From positions 1-49,221 of the forward strand of contig CAXGAI010000034.1 of NCBI GenBank assembly GCA_964007735.1: a stretch of 49,221 nt of DNA. Direction: 5' to 3'. A model generated the notes under the pieces. That model did not search any database and had not been told where the DNA came from. It was given only the letters and a program-made list of their open reading frames with translations. A program made the position numbers and the translations under genes. Source of the stretch: an uncultured Rhodopirellula sp. GTDB taxonomy: Bacteria; Planctomycetota; Planctomycetia; Pirellulales; Pirellulaceae. Positions 1 to 8,543 of this stretch are shown here, piece after piece (position 1 is the first letter of the stretch; every line of letters begins with the position of its first letter).

Positions 1-55
1 AAGAAGCAACCGAAGAAGCAACCGAAGAAGCAACCGAAGAAGCAACCGAAGAAGC
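1..55 (+). repeat. 12-bp coding tandem repeat (GAAGAAGCAACC), about 4.5 copies visible, encoding EEAT
   Basis: Directly visible; the unit is a multiple of 3 and in frame with the partial CDS. Confidence 0.9.
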
Positions 56-110
56 GGATGGGTCTAGTTCTGACGATCCTAACGATTCTGCCGACAGCGA
101 AGAAGCGTAA
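1..110 (+). CDS. 3' end of a gene truncated by the window edge; acidic low-complexity C-terminal tail
   Basis: The frame from position 3 reads EATEEATEEATEEATEEADGSSSDDPNDSADSEEA and stops at TAA 108-110, followed by a strong terminator. Confidence 0.7.
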   Translation, partial: EATEEATEEATEEATEEADGSSSDDPNDSADSEEA

Positions 111-142
111 AGCTGGATAAAGCTGACGGATTAGGTCGTTAT

Positions 143-184
143 AACCGTGTTCATCGCACTAGTCGGTGAACACGGTTTTTTTGT
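143..184 (+). terminator. Rho-independent terminator
   Basis: AACCGTGTTCATCG-cactagt-CGGTGAACACGGTT stem (one G-U pair) followed by a T-run. Confidence 0.9.
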
Positions 185-315
185 TGCCGCCCCTACACGG
201 CAATTTAGCGGTGTAAACCTGTAAATTTTGATCGGTTACGGTTTTCTAGATGCTTGCGACGATATCAATTGAAGTCAGATATAAAAGTTTTTGAAATGCA
301 TAGGATGCCCCCTTC

Positions 316-1185
316 ATGTCTACTGCAATTATAAGTCGCCAGCGAGCTGCCCAAAGCCCGCTAGAAATTTACCTTCGTGACATTAATGAAACAGATTTAC
401 TAACAGCGGATCAGGAAAAGACGCTGGCTCGACGGGTCCAGAAAGGTGATGCTGAGGCGCGTGATTGGATGGTTAGAGCTAATCTGCGTTTGGTTGTAAA
501 TATTGCTCGCAACTATAATCATCGTGGTCTTGCATTTCAGGACCTTATTGAAGAGGGCAATTTGGGACTTATGCGCGCTGTAGAAGGTTTCGACCCAGAA
601 ATGGGAACGCGATTCAGTACCTATGCAAGTTATTGGATAAAGCAGTCCATTAAAAGGGCGCTCATCAATTCCGCGAAGACAATTCGGATACCAGCTTATA
701 TGGTCGAACTCCTTTCGAAATGGCGTCGTGCCGGAAATAGACTATTGGATACGTTGGGCAGGACGGGTACGAACGAGGAAATTGCTCGTTTATTGGGCGT
801 GGAACGTCGTAAACTGCCGATGATACGCAAGGCAATTAAAGTATATAACAGCACACCTCACACAGATAACCGCGAGGACGGTTGGACTCTCGGAGACATT
901 GTGGCGGACGATCGCGTGGATACTCCGGAGAACGAATTGATCAAAGCGGATGCGTTGCAACATGTAATGCAACGATTGGGTGAAATGGAAGAACGAGAGA
1001 TGTTAGTACTCGAGATGCGTTATGGGTTAAACGGCCGTGAACCGCATACCTTGAAAGAAATTGGTAATCGCCTCGGGTTGACTAGAGAACGCGTAAGACA
1101 AATCGAAGTGGAAGCATTGGGTCGGCTTGCGGACGACCTCAAAGCGCCAATGGAACGCCGTTATTTTAATCGAACGGTAGCTTAG
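316..1185 (+). CDS. RNA polymerase sigma-70 factor, RpoD/RpoS-like group 2 (no region 1.1)
   Basis: Region 1.2 (LEIYLRDI), region 2 (ANLRLVVNIA, DLIEEGNLGLMRAVEGFDP, RFSTYASYWIKQSI), TIRIP, and region 4 HTH (TLKEIG..LGLTRERVRQIE). Confidence 0.95.
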   Translation: MSTAIISRQRAAQSPLEIYLRDINETDLLTADQEKTLARRVQKGDAEARDWMVRANLRLVVNIARNYNHRGLAFQDLIEEGNLGLMRAVEGFDPEMGTRFSTYASYWIKQSIKRALINSAKTIRIPAYMVELLSKWRRAGNRLLDTLGRTGTNEEIARLLGVERRKLPMIRKAIKVYNSTPHTDNREDGWTLGDIVADDRVDTPENELIKADALQHVMQRLGEMEEREMLVLEMRYGLNGREPHTLKEIGNRLGLTRERVRQIEVEALGRLADDLKAPMERRYFNRTVA

Positions 1186-1195
1186 GAATACAACG

Positions 1196-1708
1196 ATGGA
1201 TCTCAGCAGATTTATTCGCGATGTCGCGGACTTTCCCGTGCAAGGGGTCGTCTTCAAGGATATTTGTCCGTTGCTTCAGAATGCGGCGGCTTTCAACTAT
1301 GCGGTTGAAGCGATGATTGACCAGGTGCGAAAATTAGACGTTGACGTGATAGCAGCACCGGATGCGAGAGGGTTTATTTTTGGCGTGCCCATGGCAATGG
1401 CCATGCAATTACCATTTGTACCCATTCGCAAGGCTGGAAAATTACCCTACCAAACGACAGCTTTCAGTTATGAGCTAGAATATGGTAAAGATACTTTAGA
1501 AATGCACGTGGATAGTATCCAAAGTGGAGACAAAGTGCTGTTGGTTGATGACCTGCTAGCCACAGGTGGAACGATTGCTGCCTGCGGCCGATTGGTGGAA
1601 CAGCAGGGAGGGGTTATTGCCGGTTATAGCTTCTTGATTGAGCTGGAATTTCTTTCCGGGCGTGAAAAGCTGGATCAACGGCCCATTGAGCGATTGCTGT
1701 CTTATTGA
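1196..1708 (+). CDS. apt: adenine phosphoribosyltransferase
   Basis: DFPVQGVVFKDI, DARGFIFG, RKAGKLP, YELEYG and the PRPP motif VLLVDDLLATGGT. Confidence 0.97.
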   Translation: MDLSRFIRDVADFPVQGVVFKDICPLLQNAAAFNYAVEAMIDQVRKLDVDVIAAPDARGFIFGVPMAMAMQLPFVPIRKAGKLPYQTTAFSYELEYGKDTLEMHVDSIQSGDKVLLVDDLLATGGTIAACGRLVEQQGGVIAGYSFLIELEFLSGREKLDQRPIERLLSY

Positions 1709-3145
1709 TCAGCGATGATCCTGAAAAAGATCTGCGGTCTTTAGTTGAGAACGTATCCTCCACTCTCGTAATTCGGCAAGCATATCTGCCTTCGCCCCAG
1801 CTGAAGCCTGGTCGTCCCAAAGGTTCTTCATCTCTTGTGGATCATCATTGAGATTGAACAGTTGGCCATAACCCTCGTCCAAAAAGTGGACTAGCTTCCA
1901 TTCTTTACTCCTTACCATCGTCATAAAGTCGGCATGAGTCAAAATACCGTCCTTGGCCTGCTCAGCGTAAACATAGTCCCGACCACTCCAATCGTTGCCT
2001 TCTAGAGCAGGTAACATCGTGATGGCTTCCATGGTATTTGGCGTTTCTATTCCTGCTAGGTCGAGGATGGTCGGGCCTAGATCCATTTGCTGGCAAAGGG
2101 CATCGACGATGTGGCCGGCCGGAAAACGACCCGGCGACCAAACAATTAATGGGATTCTCGTGATAAGGTCGTACATCGTCCATTTTTGGCTATGTCCATG
2201 GTCTGTTAAGCAGTCTCCGTGATCGCTGGTAAAGATGATAACGGAGTTATCCAGATAGCCGTTTCGTTCGAGTGATTCTACTATTTTGCCAACCTTTTCA
2301 TCGATCATGGTCACATTAGCACAGTAATAAGCTCGCTGACGATGACGTTGTTCATGAGTTGGGGCCATCGGCATAATGACGGAGTCATGGTCTATTTTGC
2401 TATTGTGATCCCTTAGTTCTTTGAAGGGCGGGGGCTGGTTCTCCAATTCCTCTTCCAATACTTCGTAAAGAGGGAGTTCCTTTTCAAGGTATGGTTCTGC
2501 ATAACGCATTACCGGATCGTAGGGTGGGTGAGGACCGGGAAAACCTATTTGCAGGAATAGTGGTTTTGGATCTGTATGAGGATGGGCGTCTAACCACCAA
2601 CAGGCCATGTCACCAACAAAGTTGTCGGGGTGGGCGTCTTCGGGTAGTTCCCATTCGAAGGAACCGAGTCGATCCGCGTAATCGTCTAATTTCCGATAGA
2701 GTTCACGTTGTTGCTTAACAAGTCCCCGAAATCGAAGGGCTTTATCCCATTCGTCAAAATAATACCGTCCCTCTAAGTAACGGTCTTTATTTTCGACAAC
2801 GTACCGCTCGTCGAACCCGAGTGGAGTTTCAAACGGCCAAGTATGCATTTTACCGATATTGGTACAGTGATAGCCGGATTCATTGAGCATCTCAATCCAA
2901 CTGCGTCTCCAGCGATCGGCATTTTTAAGGATGCCTGTGGTGTGAGGGAAGTAACCCTTGAAAAGACTGGCACGCGCGGGTGCGCAGGAAGCGGCTGTTA
3001 CATGGCAACTCGTAAAACTGACGCCTTCCTTTACCAAACGATCGAGATGCGGAGTATCCATGTAATCGAATCCTAGCGACGAAATCGTATCAAATCTTTG
3101 TTGATCAGTAATGATAAAGATGATATTTGGGCGTTCAGTGCTCAT
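1709..3145 (-). CDS. formylglycine-dependent sulfatase, no signal peptide (probably cytoplasmic)
   Basis: RPNIIFIITDQQR, Cys-type CAPARASLFKG motif, GKMH, PHPPY, FTSDHGD. Confidence 0.93.
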   Translation of the reverse strand: MSTERPNIIFIITDQQRFDTISSLGFDYMDTPHLDRLVKEGVSFTSCHVTAASCAPARASLFKGYFPHTTGILKNADRWRRSWIEMLNESGYHCTNIGKMHTWPFETPLGFDERYVVENKDRYLEGRYYFDEWDKALRFRGLVKQQRELYRKLDDYADRLGSFEWELPEDAHPDNFVGDMACWWLDAHPHTDPKPLFLQIGFPGPHPPYDPVMRYAEPYLEKELPLYEVLEEELENQPPPFKELRDHNSKIDHDSVIMPMAPTHEQRHRQRAYYCANVTMIDEKVGKIVESLERNGYLDNSVIIFTSDHGDCLTDHGHSQKWTMYDLITRIPLIVWSPGRFPAGHIVDALCQQMDLGPTILDLAGIETPNTMEAITMLPALEGNDWSGRDYVYAEQAKDGILTHADFMTMVRSKEWKLVHFLDEGYGQLFNLNDDPQEMKNLWDDQASAGAKADMLAELREWRIRSQLKTADLFQDHR

Positions 3146-3294
3146 CGCTGGTTCTCGGTATCATAGGGTTAAACAAGGCTCCAATTGCCTCTATGATAGC
3201 GGACGAAAAAGTTTTTACGAAGTAGGGAAGCTAAGACATGCTTTTTGATTAAATAAAAAAACCTCCAAGAATCCCAGAAAGCGACTAGAAAAAG

Positions 3295-3321
3295 TAAACA
3301 AACAGGGAGCCCGGCCGATTC
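3295..3321 (+). promoter_or_regulatory. sigma-28 (FliA/WhiG)-like promoter candidate
   Basis: TAAA (3295-3298), 15-nt spacer, GCCGATTC (3314-3321) versus consensus TAAA-N15-GCCGATAA; about 45 nt upstream of the next start. Confidence 0.5.
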
Positions 3322-3364
3322 CTAATGTAACAACTAACACGTTTTTTGTTCATCAAAGGAATTC

Positions 3365-4573
3365 ATGATGTCTAGGCTTCTTAGAAATCAGTGCGTTGGG
3401 GCATTATTTCTTGCTTTAAGTTTTCTCGGAATAGCGGAAGCGACTGAAGATAATCCTCTACGCTCGGCGTTAACTCAGGATGACAGCCAACGGGTAACGT
3501 TTCCCGACAACGGCTTTGTTCGTCGCGCGTCCTATGTCACGGTTCAGGATTCTGAAACAGAATCCGTTCTTAGCCAGGCGGAGGAAGTGGATCCTTTACG
3601 GCTCGACGATCAAACGACTATTGATCCGGGGCAAACACAGTTAGAGGGTGAACTTGTAGAATCTGGCTTGGTGGTTGGTGAAACCATTATGGAAGGTGAT
3701 ATCATCAGTGGCGATTGCGACACGGGGTTTTGCGGAACCCGGCTTGGCATTTGTGCTGATGGATGCCTCATACCCTGTCCGCGTATCCAGTGGGAAAGAT
3801 ACACTTTCTTTACAGGAGTTAATGCGTTCACTGGCCCCTTAAATCGTGGAGGGCAAGGTAGCTTTGGTTTTACCGAAGGATTTAATTACGGTCGGGATCT
3901 CAGCTGTATTGGGCAAGGGCGTTTATCTGCTCAGTTAGGAATGCGTGCGACGCAAACGAATCTCTCAGGTTCGGATGTCACCAACGAGGATCGTAAGCAA
4001 ATCTTTCTGACCGCTGGCATATTCAGGAGAGCGGACTGGGGACTTCAGGGAGGTGCCGTCGTCGATTATTTACACGATGATTGGTACTATGACCTCGACC
4101 TGATTCAGGTACGAACTGAAATAAGTTGGCAATATCCTGATTCACATGAATTTGGCATCTGGATGGCATTTGACTCTGACCACGCCCGCACCCACTCAGA
4201 GGTTGGCAAGATTAATCCAGTCACGGTAACCGAGGATTGGGAGTCTACTGATATCTATGCGTTCTTTTTGCGAAAATCGATACCTTCAGCAGGTGTAACG
4301 GGCCGTCTTCTAGGTGGTTTTACTGGTAATAAAGACGGATTGCTTGGTTTAGACTTTTCTGCGCCTGTGAATGAGAAGTGGGGGATTGAGGCCAGTGCTA
4401 TGTATCTCATACCGGAAGAAGGTTCAGCCACTACGGGCTATTCGGAGGAAGCCTGGAATATAGGATTCAATTTTGTCTATTATCCGGGTTGTCGCTCAAC
4501 TTATGATTTGGACTATAACCGGCCCCTCTTTGATGTCGGTTCCAACGGGAATTTCTTTGTCGATCGTAAATGA
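3365..4573 (+). CDS. secreted planctomycete protein, DUF6666-like, probable outer-membrane beta-barrel
   Basis: Signal peptide, acidic linker, Cys-rich patch (CDTGFC..C...C...C), then amphipathic beta-strand pattern (FLTAGIFRRADWGLQGGAVVDYLHD, AWNIGFNFVYYP, YNRPLFDV); RBS AAGGA. Confidence 0.65.
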   Translation: MMSRLLRNQCVGALFLALSFLGIAEATEDNPLRSALTQDDSQRVTFPDNGFVRRASYVTVQDSETESVLSQAEEVDPLRLDDQTTIDPGQTQLEGELVESGLVVGETIMEGDIISGDCDTGFCGTRLGICADGCLIPCPRIQWERYTFFTGVNAFTGPLNRGGQGSFGFTEGFNYGRDLSCIGQGRLSAQLGMRATQTNLSGSDVTNEDRKQIFLTAGIFRRADWGLQGGAVVDYLHDDWYYDLDLIQVRTEISWQYPDSHEFGIWMAFDSDHARTHSEVGKINPVTVTEDWESTDIYAFFLRKSIPSAGVTGRLLGGFTGNKDGLLGLDFSAPVNEKWGIEASAMYLIPEEGSATTGYSEEAWNIGFNFVYYPGCRSTYDLDYNRPLFDVGSNGNFFVDRK

Positions 4574-4607
4574 TGTAGAAACATAGTGTTTGTTGTAGGC
4601 CCCGGCC

Positions 4608-4640
4608 GAAAACCCGTCCTGATGGTCGGGTTTTTTTATT
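4608..4640 (+). terminator. Rho-independent terminator
   Basis: AAAACCCGTCC-tgat-GGTCGGGTTTTTTT hairpin with a T-run, downstream of the stop at 4573. Confidence 0.75.
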
Positions 4641-4724
4641 TAGTTACGACATATCCAGCTAGATAGAAGCAAAGTAGAATAACTGTTTCTCAATCCACTC
4701 ATCCTCAGCCACGTTAAAAACCAA

Positions 4725-6659
4725 ATGTCGTCAGAACAAGATAACCATTGGGATTCACTCGCATCAGACTTAAGTGGAGAGGAGTCCAATAATGACAATG
4801 ACTCGCCGCAGGACGATAAGCCGGACCCAACAGTTCATGAGGTGAGCGATCTAGCAAACGAAGAATCCGTCGATGCAAACCAAAATCAATCTGCAAGCGA
4901 AGCCCCTAACCATAGTGTTGGCGATAAGGGAGATGAACTAGTCGAGGCTTTGACGCCGTCAGTCGAGATTTCGGAAGAAACGAAAGTTGTTGACGCTCAA
5001 ACGTTGGAGGAAGGCCTGGCTGACGAATTTGGAGCAGACATCAAACCCGTAAAAACTGATCCGGAAGAAGGTGGGTTTGGAGTGGGACTGTTTGGTGAAG
5101 AAGAGTTAAGTCAAATTCGTGCTGAAAACGATAAGGCGAGGCAAGCAAAGGCGGAGGTCGCTGCGGTTCAACAAGCAGACCGCGATCTGAAGCTCGAAAA
5201 GGATGCACAGGAGGTCGTTCCTAATGCAGAGAAAGTTAATCCGAAGGAGCAAGTAAGCAACCAGCCATCGGAGGGCGCAGAAGAAGAGATCTCCCTCGAA
5301 GACGCCAAGGGCGTCATCGAAAATCAGGAAAGCACTGGCGATGATGTCGTTGCTGCACTCGATCGGTTATTCGCCCCGGTTGAAATTGGAGGCGCTTTGG
5401 ACGATACACGAGAGGGAGAAATAGTTTTCGAATCTGAGGAAGTCGATGACTCTCTGGAGTTCGATGAGTCAGGAAATGACGATGCGGATCCAATAACCCC
5501 AGAAGGATTTAGCTATACAGATGTTGAGGGGACGCCTGTTCAGGATGCTGTAGTGCCCAAGCCAGACGAAACAGAGGAGGAAGCCGAAGCGGATCAACTT
5601 GAAGAAGAAGCGGATCAAATCGACGTCGAAGTGGAGGCAGATGTAAATCCATCTGATAAACCGCAGAAGAAGACTCGTCGCCGAAAACGACGAATTTGGC
5701 CTTGGTCGCGAAAACGGGTCGAAGAAGATTCGGAAGATTCGTTACCTGATAATATTTCGCAGGAAACCCAAACCCAAAGTGATGGTCGGGGATCCGGCAA
5801 AGAAGAAGCGTCTGTGGCTGACGAATCGGATGCTAAAGAACGCTCCGGAAACAAGCGACGGGGAAAACGCCGCCGTAAATCTTCCAATGCTGCTAATAAT
5901 AGCCACCTAGAGAATGAATCGGACGGATCGATAGAGGAGACCTCTAAGGAAAAAAAATCTGCTGATGGAAGTGGTGACAAAAAAACGAGACGTGGCGGTT
6001 CGCGTCGCGAGCGTGGACGACGGGATAATCGTGATTCGGATGGGTCAGACGAATCACGGGACACCCAAGACAATGAAGGGCTATCAACGGATAACGAGGA
6101 GAAACCGAAACGCCGACGCGGGAACATTCCCACCTGGGACACTGCGGTTTCGTATGTAGTGGATAAGAATGTGAAAGCTCGGGGAAAATCGATTCCTAAG
6201 CGTGAACGAATAAACAAGAAGCGACGCAAGTCAGACAGTCGCGATGAAGATCGTGATCGCGAGGAAAACGTTAGTAACGAAGAGGAAAGTGGTAAAAGGC
6301 ACTCTGACAACAAAAGCGGTAAAGATAAGGGTGATAAAGGCCGGGGACGGAACCGTAGACGTCGTGGGAAAGGAAATCAACGAAAAGACGGTAATAGAGA
6401 AGGTAACGCGGGCAAACCAGACTCAGTTAAGAAGTCAAACGATGCAGGGAGTAAGGGGGATGATCGGGAGCCCGGGCGTGAGGGAAGTCGAAAACGTAGT
6501 CGTAAACGCAGTGACGGTAGACGCGAAGCTAGTAAAGACGCATCACGTAACGAGTCGATAGAGAAGAAAAACGAAGATTTGGATGGTTCTGGTGGCGATG
6601 CGAAAAAACCAAATCGACGTCGCAGGAGACGACGCTCACGTTTGGACGATGCTGACTAA
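4725..6659 (+). CDS. large low-complexity, probably disordered hypothetical protein (acidic N-half, Arg/Lys-rich C-half)
   Basis: 644-aa ORF; its stop overlaps the ATG of ogt (TAATG); short hydrophobic motifs HWDSLASDL and IPTWDTAVSYVVDKN. Confidence 0.8.
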   Translation: MSSEQDNHWDSLASDLSGEESNNDNDSPQDDKPDPTVHEVSDLANEESVDANQNQSASEAPNHSVGDKGDELVEALTPSVEISEETKVVDAQTLEEGLADEFGADIKPVKTDPEEGGFGVGLFGEEELSQIRAENDKARQAKAEVAAVQQADRDLKLEKDAQEVVPNAEKVNPKEQVSNQPSEGAEEEISLEDAKGVIENQESTGDDVVAALDRLFAPVEIGGALDDTREGEIVFESEEVDDSLEFDESGNDDADPITPEGFSYTDVEGTPVQDAVVPKPDETEEEAEADQLEEEADQIDVEVEADVNPSDKPQKKTRRRKRRIWPWSRKRVEEDSEDSLPDNISQETQTQSDGRGSGKEEASVADESDAKERSGNKRRGKRRRKSSNAANNSHLENESDGSIEETSKEKKSADGSGDKKTRRGGSRRERGRRDNRDSDGSDESRDTQDNEGLSTDNEEKPKRRRGNIPTWDTAVSYVVDKNVKARGKSIPKRERINKKRRKSDSRDEDRDREENVSNEEESGKRHSDNKSGKDKGDKGRGRNRRRRGKGNQRKDGNREGNAGKPDSVKKSNDAGSKGDDREPGREGSRKRSRKRSDGRREASKDASRNESIEKKNEDLDGSGGDAKKPNRRRRRRRSRLDDAD

Positions 6660-7195
6660 TGTTGGCAAAGCAATTGGCGTATGCCGCTGAGTTTTTTGAG
6701 ACGGATTTACGCTGGATCGGTATTGTTTACGATGCTCAAGGGCGTTTAGCTCGACTTTCGTTCTTTCATGATTGTAAGCGAGATGCTGTAACGGCAGTGG
6801 CAGACTTTTTGACTCCAAGTCACCGGGTTTTTAGTGGCGGAGGGGCTGTTAGGCAGGCTATCGAACGGTACGCTGCGGGCGGCGTCCCCGACTTTACGAG
6901 CGTGTCCTTGTCTCCTTGCAACACATCTTTCCAGAATAGAGTCCGGGAGATCTGTCGCCGTATTGAATTCGGTGATACGGCGACTTATGGCGAGATAGCG
7001 CGAAGTACGAAATCTCCGCGGGCAGCTCGGGCGGTGGGAGCCTGTATGAAAAATAACCTAATCCCGATTATTGTGCCGTGTCATCGGGTTCTAGGTTCCG
7101 GCAATCGATTGGTTGGGTATTCAGTCGGATCCGGCACTTCCTTAAAGGAGGAGCTACTACGAATGGAGGGTGTTAACCAGGAATTTGTTAATTGA
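6659..7195 (+). CDS. ogt: methylated-DNA--protein-cysteine S-methyltransferase
   Basis: TATYGEIA, AARAVG, active site IIVPCHRV, KEELLRMEG. Confidence 0.93.
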   Translation: MLAKQLAYAAEFFETDLRWIGIVYDAQGRLARLSFFHDCKRDAVTAVADFLTPSHRVFSGGGAVRQAIERYAAGGVPDFTSVSLSPCNTSFQNRVREICRRIEFGDTATYGEIARSTKSPRAARAVGACMKNNLIPIIVPCHRVLGSGNRLVGYSVGSGTSLKEELLRMEGVNQEFVN

Positions 7196-7267
7196 ATTAG
7201 TTAACTCCCCCTAGAACAACGACCGATGATTGATTACGTTAATTACAGAGCCGTTTTAGGCCCAGAT

Positions 7268-7341
7268 GCACCCCTAGCTCAACTGGATAGAGCACCTGTC
7301 TACGGAACAGGAGGTTACAGGTTCGAATCCTGTGGGGTGTA
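7268..7341 (+). tRNA. tRNA-Arg (anticodon ACG), CCA not encoded
   Basis: Acceptor GCACCCC/GGGGTGT, D-arm GCTC..GAGC, anticodon arm CCTGT-CTACGGA-ACAGG, T-arm ACAGG-TTCGAAT-CCTGT. Confidence 0.97.
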
Positions 7342-7528
7342 CTTGTTTTTGCGCTAGAAAACTTGAGGCGAGCCATTCTACCGCCCTGAAATCTACATTT
7401 GGTTTCCGTCTTAAAAAGTGCACAAAGTACACGCAAACTGTCGCAACGCTCGTGAAATACCTTCAGTGGTCGCGTGAAACACGATGTGGATGATCTTTGG
7501 CAAAGATAAGATACTGCGGTTCTGCTTT

Positions 7529-7640
7529 TTAGGACCTATCTTCGTTTCGAATATCGGTGATTGCTGTCGTTATAAAACTCGTTGGAAATGCTATAAGCGC
7601 GATTCCAGCTAGCATAAGAATCGATGCAAAAAGGATTTTC
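7529..7640 (-). pseudogene. possible remnant of a potassium-channel/ion-transporter gene (inner-helix region only)
   Basis: KILFASILMLAGIALIAFPTSFITTAI resembles the post-pore S6 helix of bacterial K+ channels, but no TxGYGD filter or plausible N-terminus lies upstream. Confidence 0.35.
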
Positions 7641-7698
7641 GGACTTGGAGAGGGTCTACACCGGTGTATCAAATCGGGAATCTTTGCAGAGCTCGTAA

Positions 7699-8067
7699 TT
7701 ACAGCAGAAATGCAATTGCTATTTGGAGGATAAGGAGAACTAAACCCCAAAACGAAGCAATCACGAATTCCATATCCCAGAAGAGCATTAAGGGTAAAGC
7801 ATAGAGTCCTATGATTATCGGTATACCCAAAAACAGAGCGAATGGCCCGAGGATGCCGATGATTATGAACGCCGCAAAAAGCGCTACCGGGCCTAGCACT
7901 GCTATTCCAATGATTTCAAAAAGAGTTTGCTTTATTTCATCCTTAGAGAATGGTTTGTAATATGTATTGTCATTGGATATTAGCCTCACGAGGATCAGTG
8001 CTAAAAGACTTGGTATCATCGTAATTGCCATTACACCAACACCGAATCCGGGAAGGAATGCATACAT
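7699..8067 (-). CDS. hypothetical membrane protein (about 4 TM)
   Basis: 122-aa hydrophobic ORF with a GGGGG RBS about 8 nt upstream of the ATG. Confidence 0.65.
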   Translation of the reverse strand: MYAFLPGFGVGVMAITMIPSLLALILVRLISNDNTYYKPFSKDEIKQTLFEIIGIAVLGPVALFAAFIIIGILGPFALFLGIPIIIGLYALPLMLFWDMEFVIASFWGLVLLILQIAIAFLL

Positions 8068-8543
8068 AATATTACCCCCAAAAAAAATACTTTAACGATC
8101 TCTTAAAAATGGTGCGCTGGTGAAATGAATTAGGCGCTTAAAATTGTCACTCCTTGACATAAAACACGTGAATTATGGGTGTTCCGTGGCGTTAACGGAC
8201 GGTCTATCAAATTGTTAATATACGCGTTACTCAATAACAACCGCCCATTAGGGGTCACGTTCTCTCCCGAAAAAATTACAGTGTACTGTGGTGTATTGAA
8301 CATAACCGTAGCGTCCCTTAGAGTGCCGTGAGGTTTTGAGACTTCCTCCGTTTCAGTAAGCCATTTAGGTAGCTTACCCGTCTCGCAGTATTCCGCAGCG
8401 GTCCGTAGGAGGTCGCCATGTCCCAGTGAAGAGAGTAGGGCAGGGAGGTCGCACTCCGAGGTGGGCTCTATGGGTAGAGCTTGGAATCGTTCAGATCAGC
8501 GTTATCCGTCGCTTGTCGGGGTCTGGAACGTTTGTGCTGCGTT

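Noticed and set aside
1..55. Tandem repeat as a CRISPR array
   Set aside because: The 12-bp units have no spacers and are in frame in a coding tail; no cas genes are present.
5615..6313. 232-aa antisense ORF
   Set aside because: It is a Ser/Arg/Leu/Phe-rich shadow of the low-complexity plus-strand gene; the other short nested ORFs were dismissed on the same grounds.
8496..8498. Second Sec codon opening the 8130-8495 frame
   Set aside because: An in-frame TAA lies two codons upstream, and there is no redox-motif context.
7268..8543. Intact prophage or integrative element at tRNA-Arg
   Set aside because: No integrase or phage genes, and no duplicated tRNA 3' end was found in the window.
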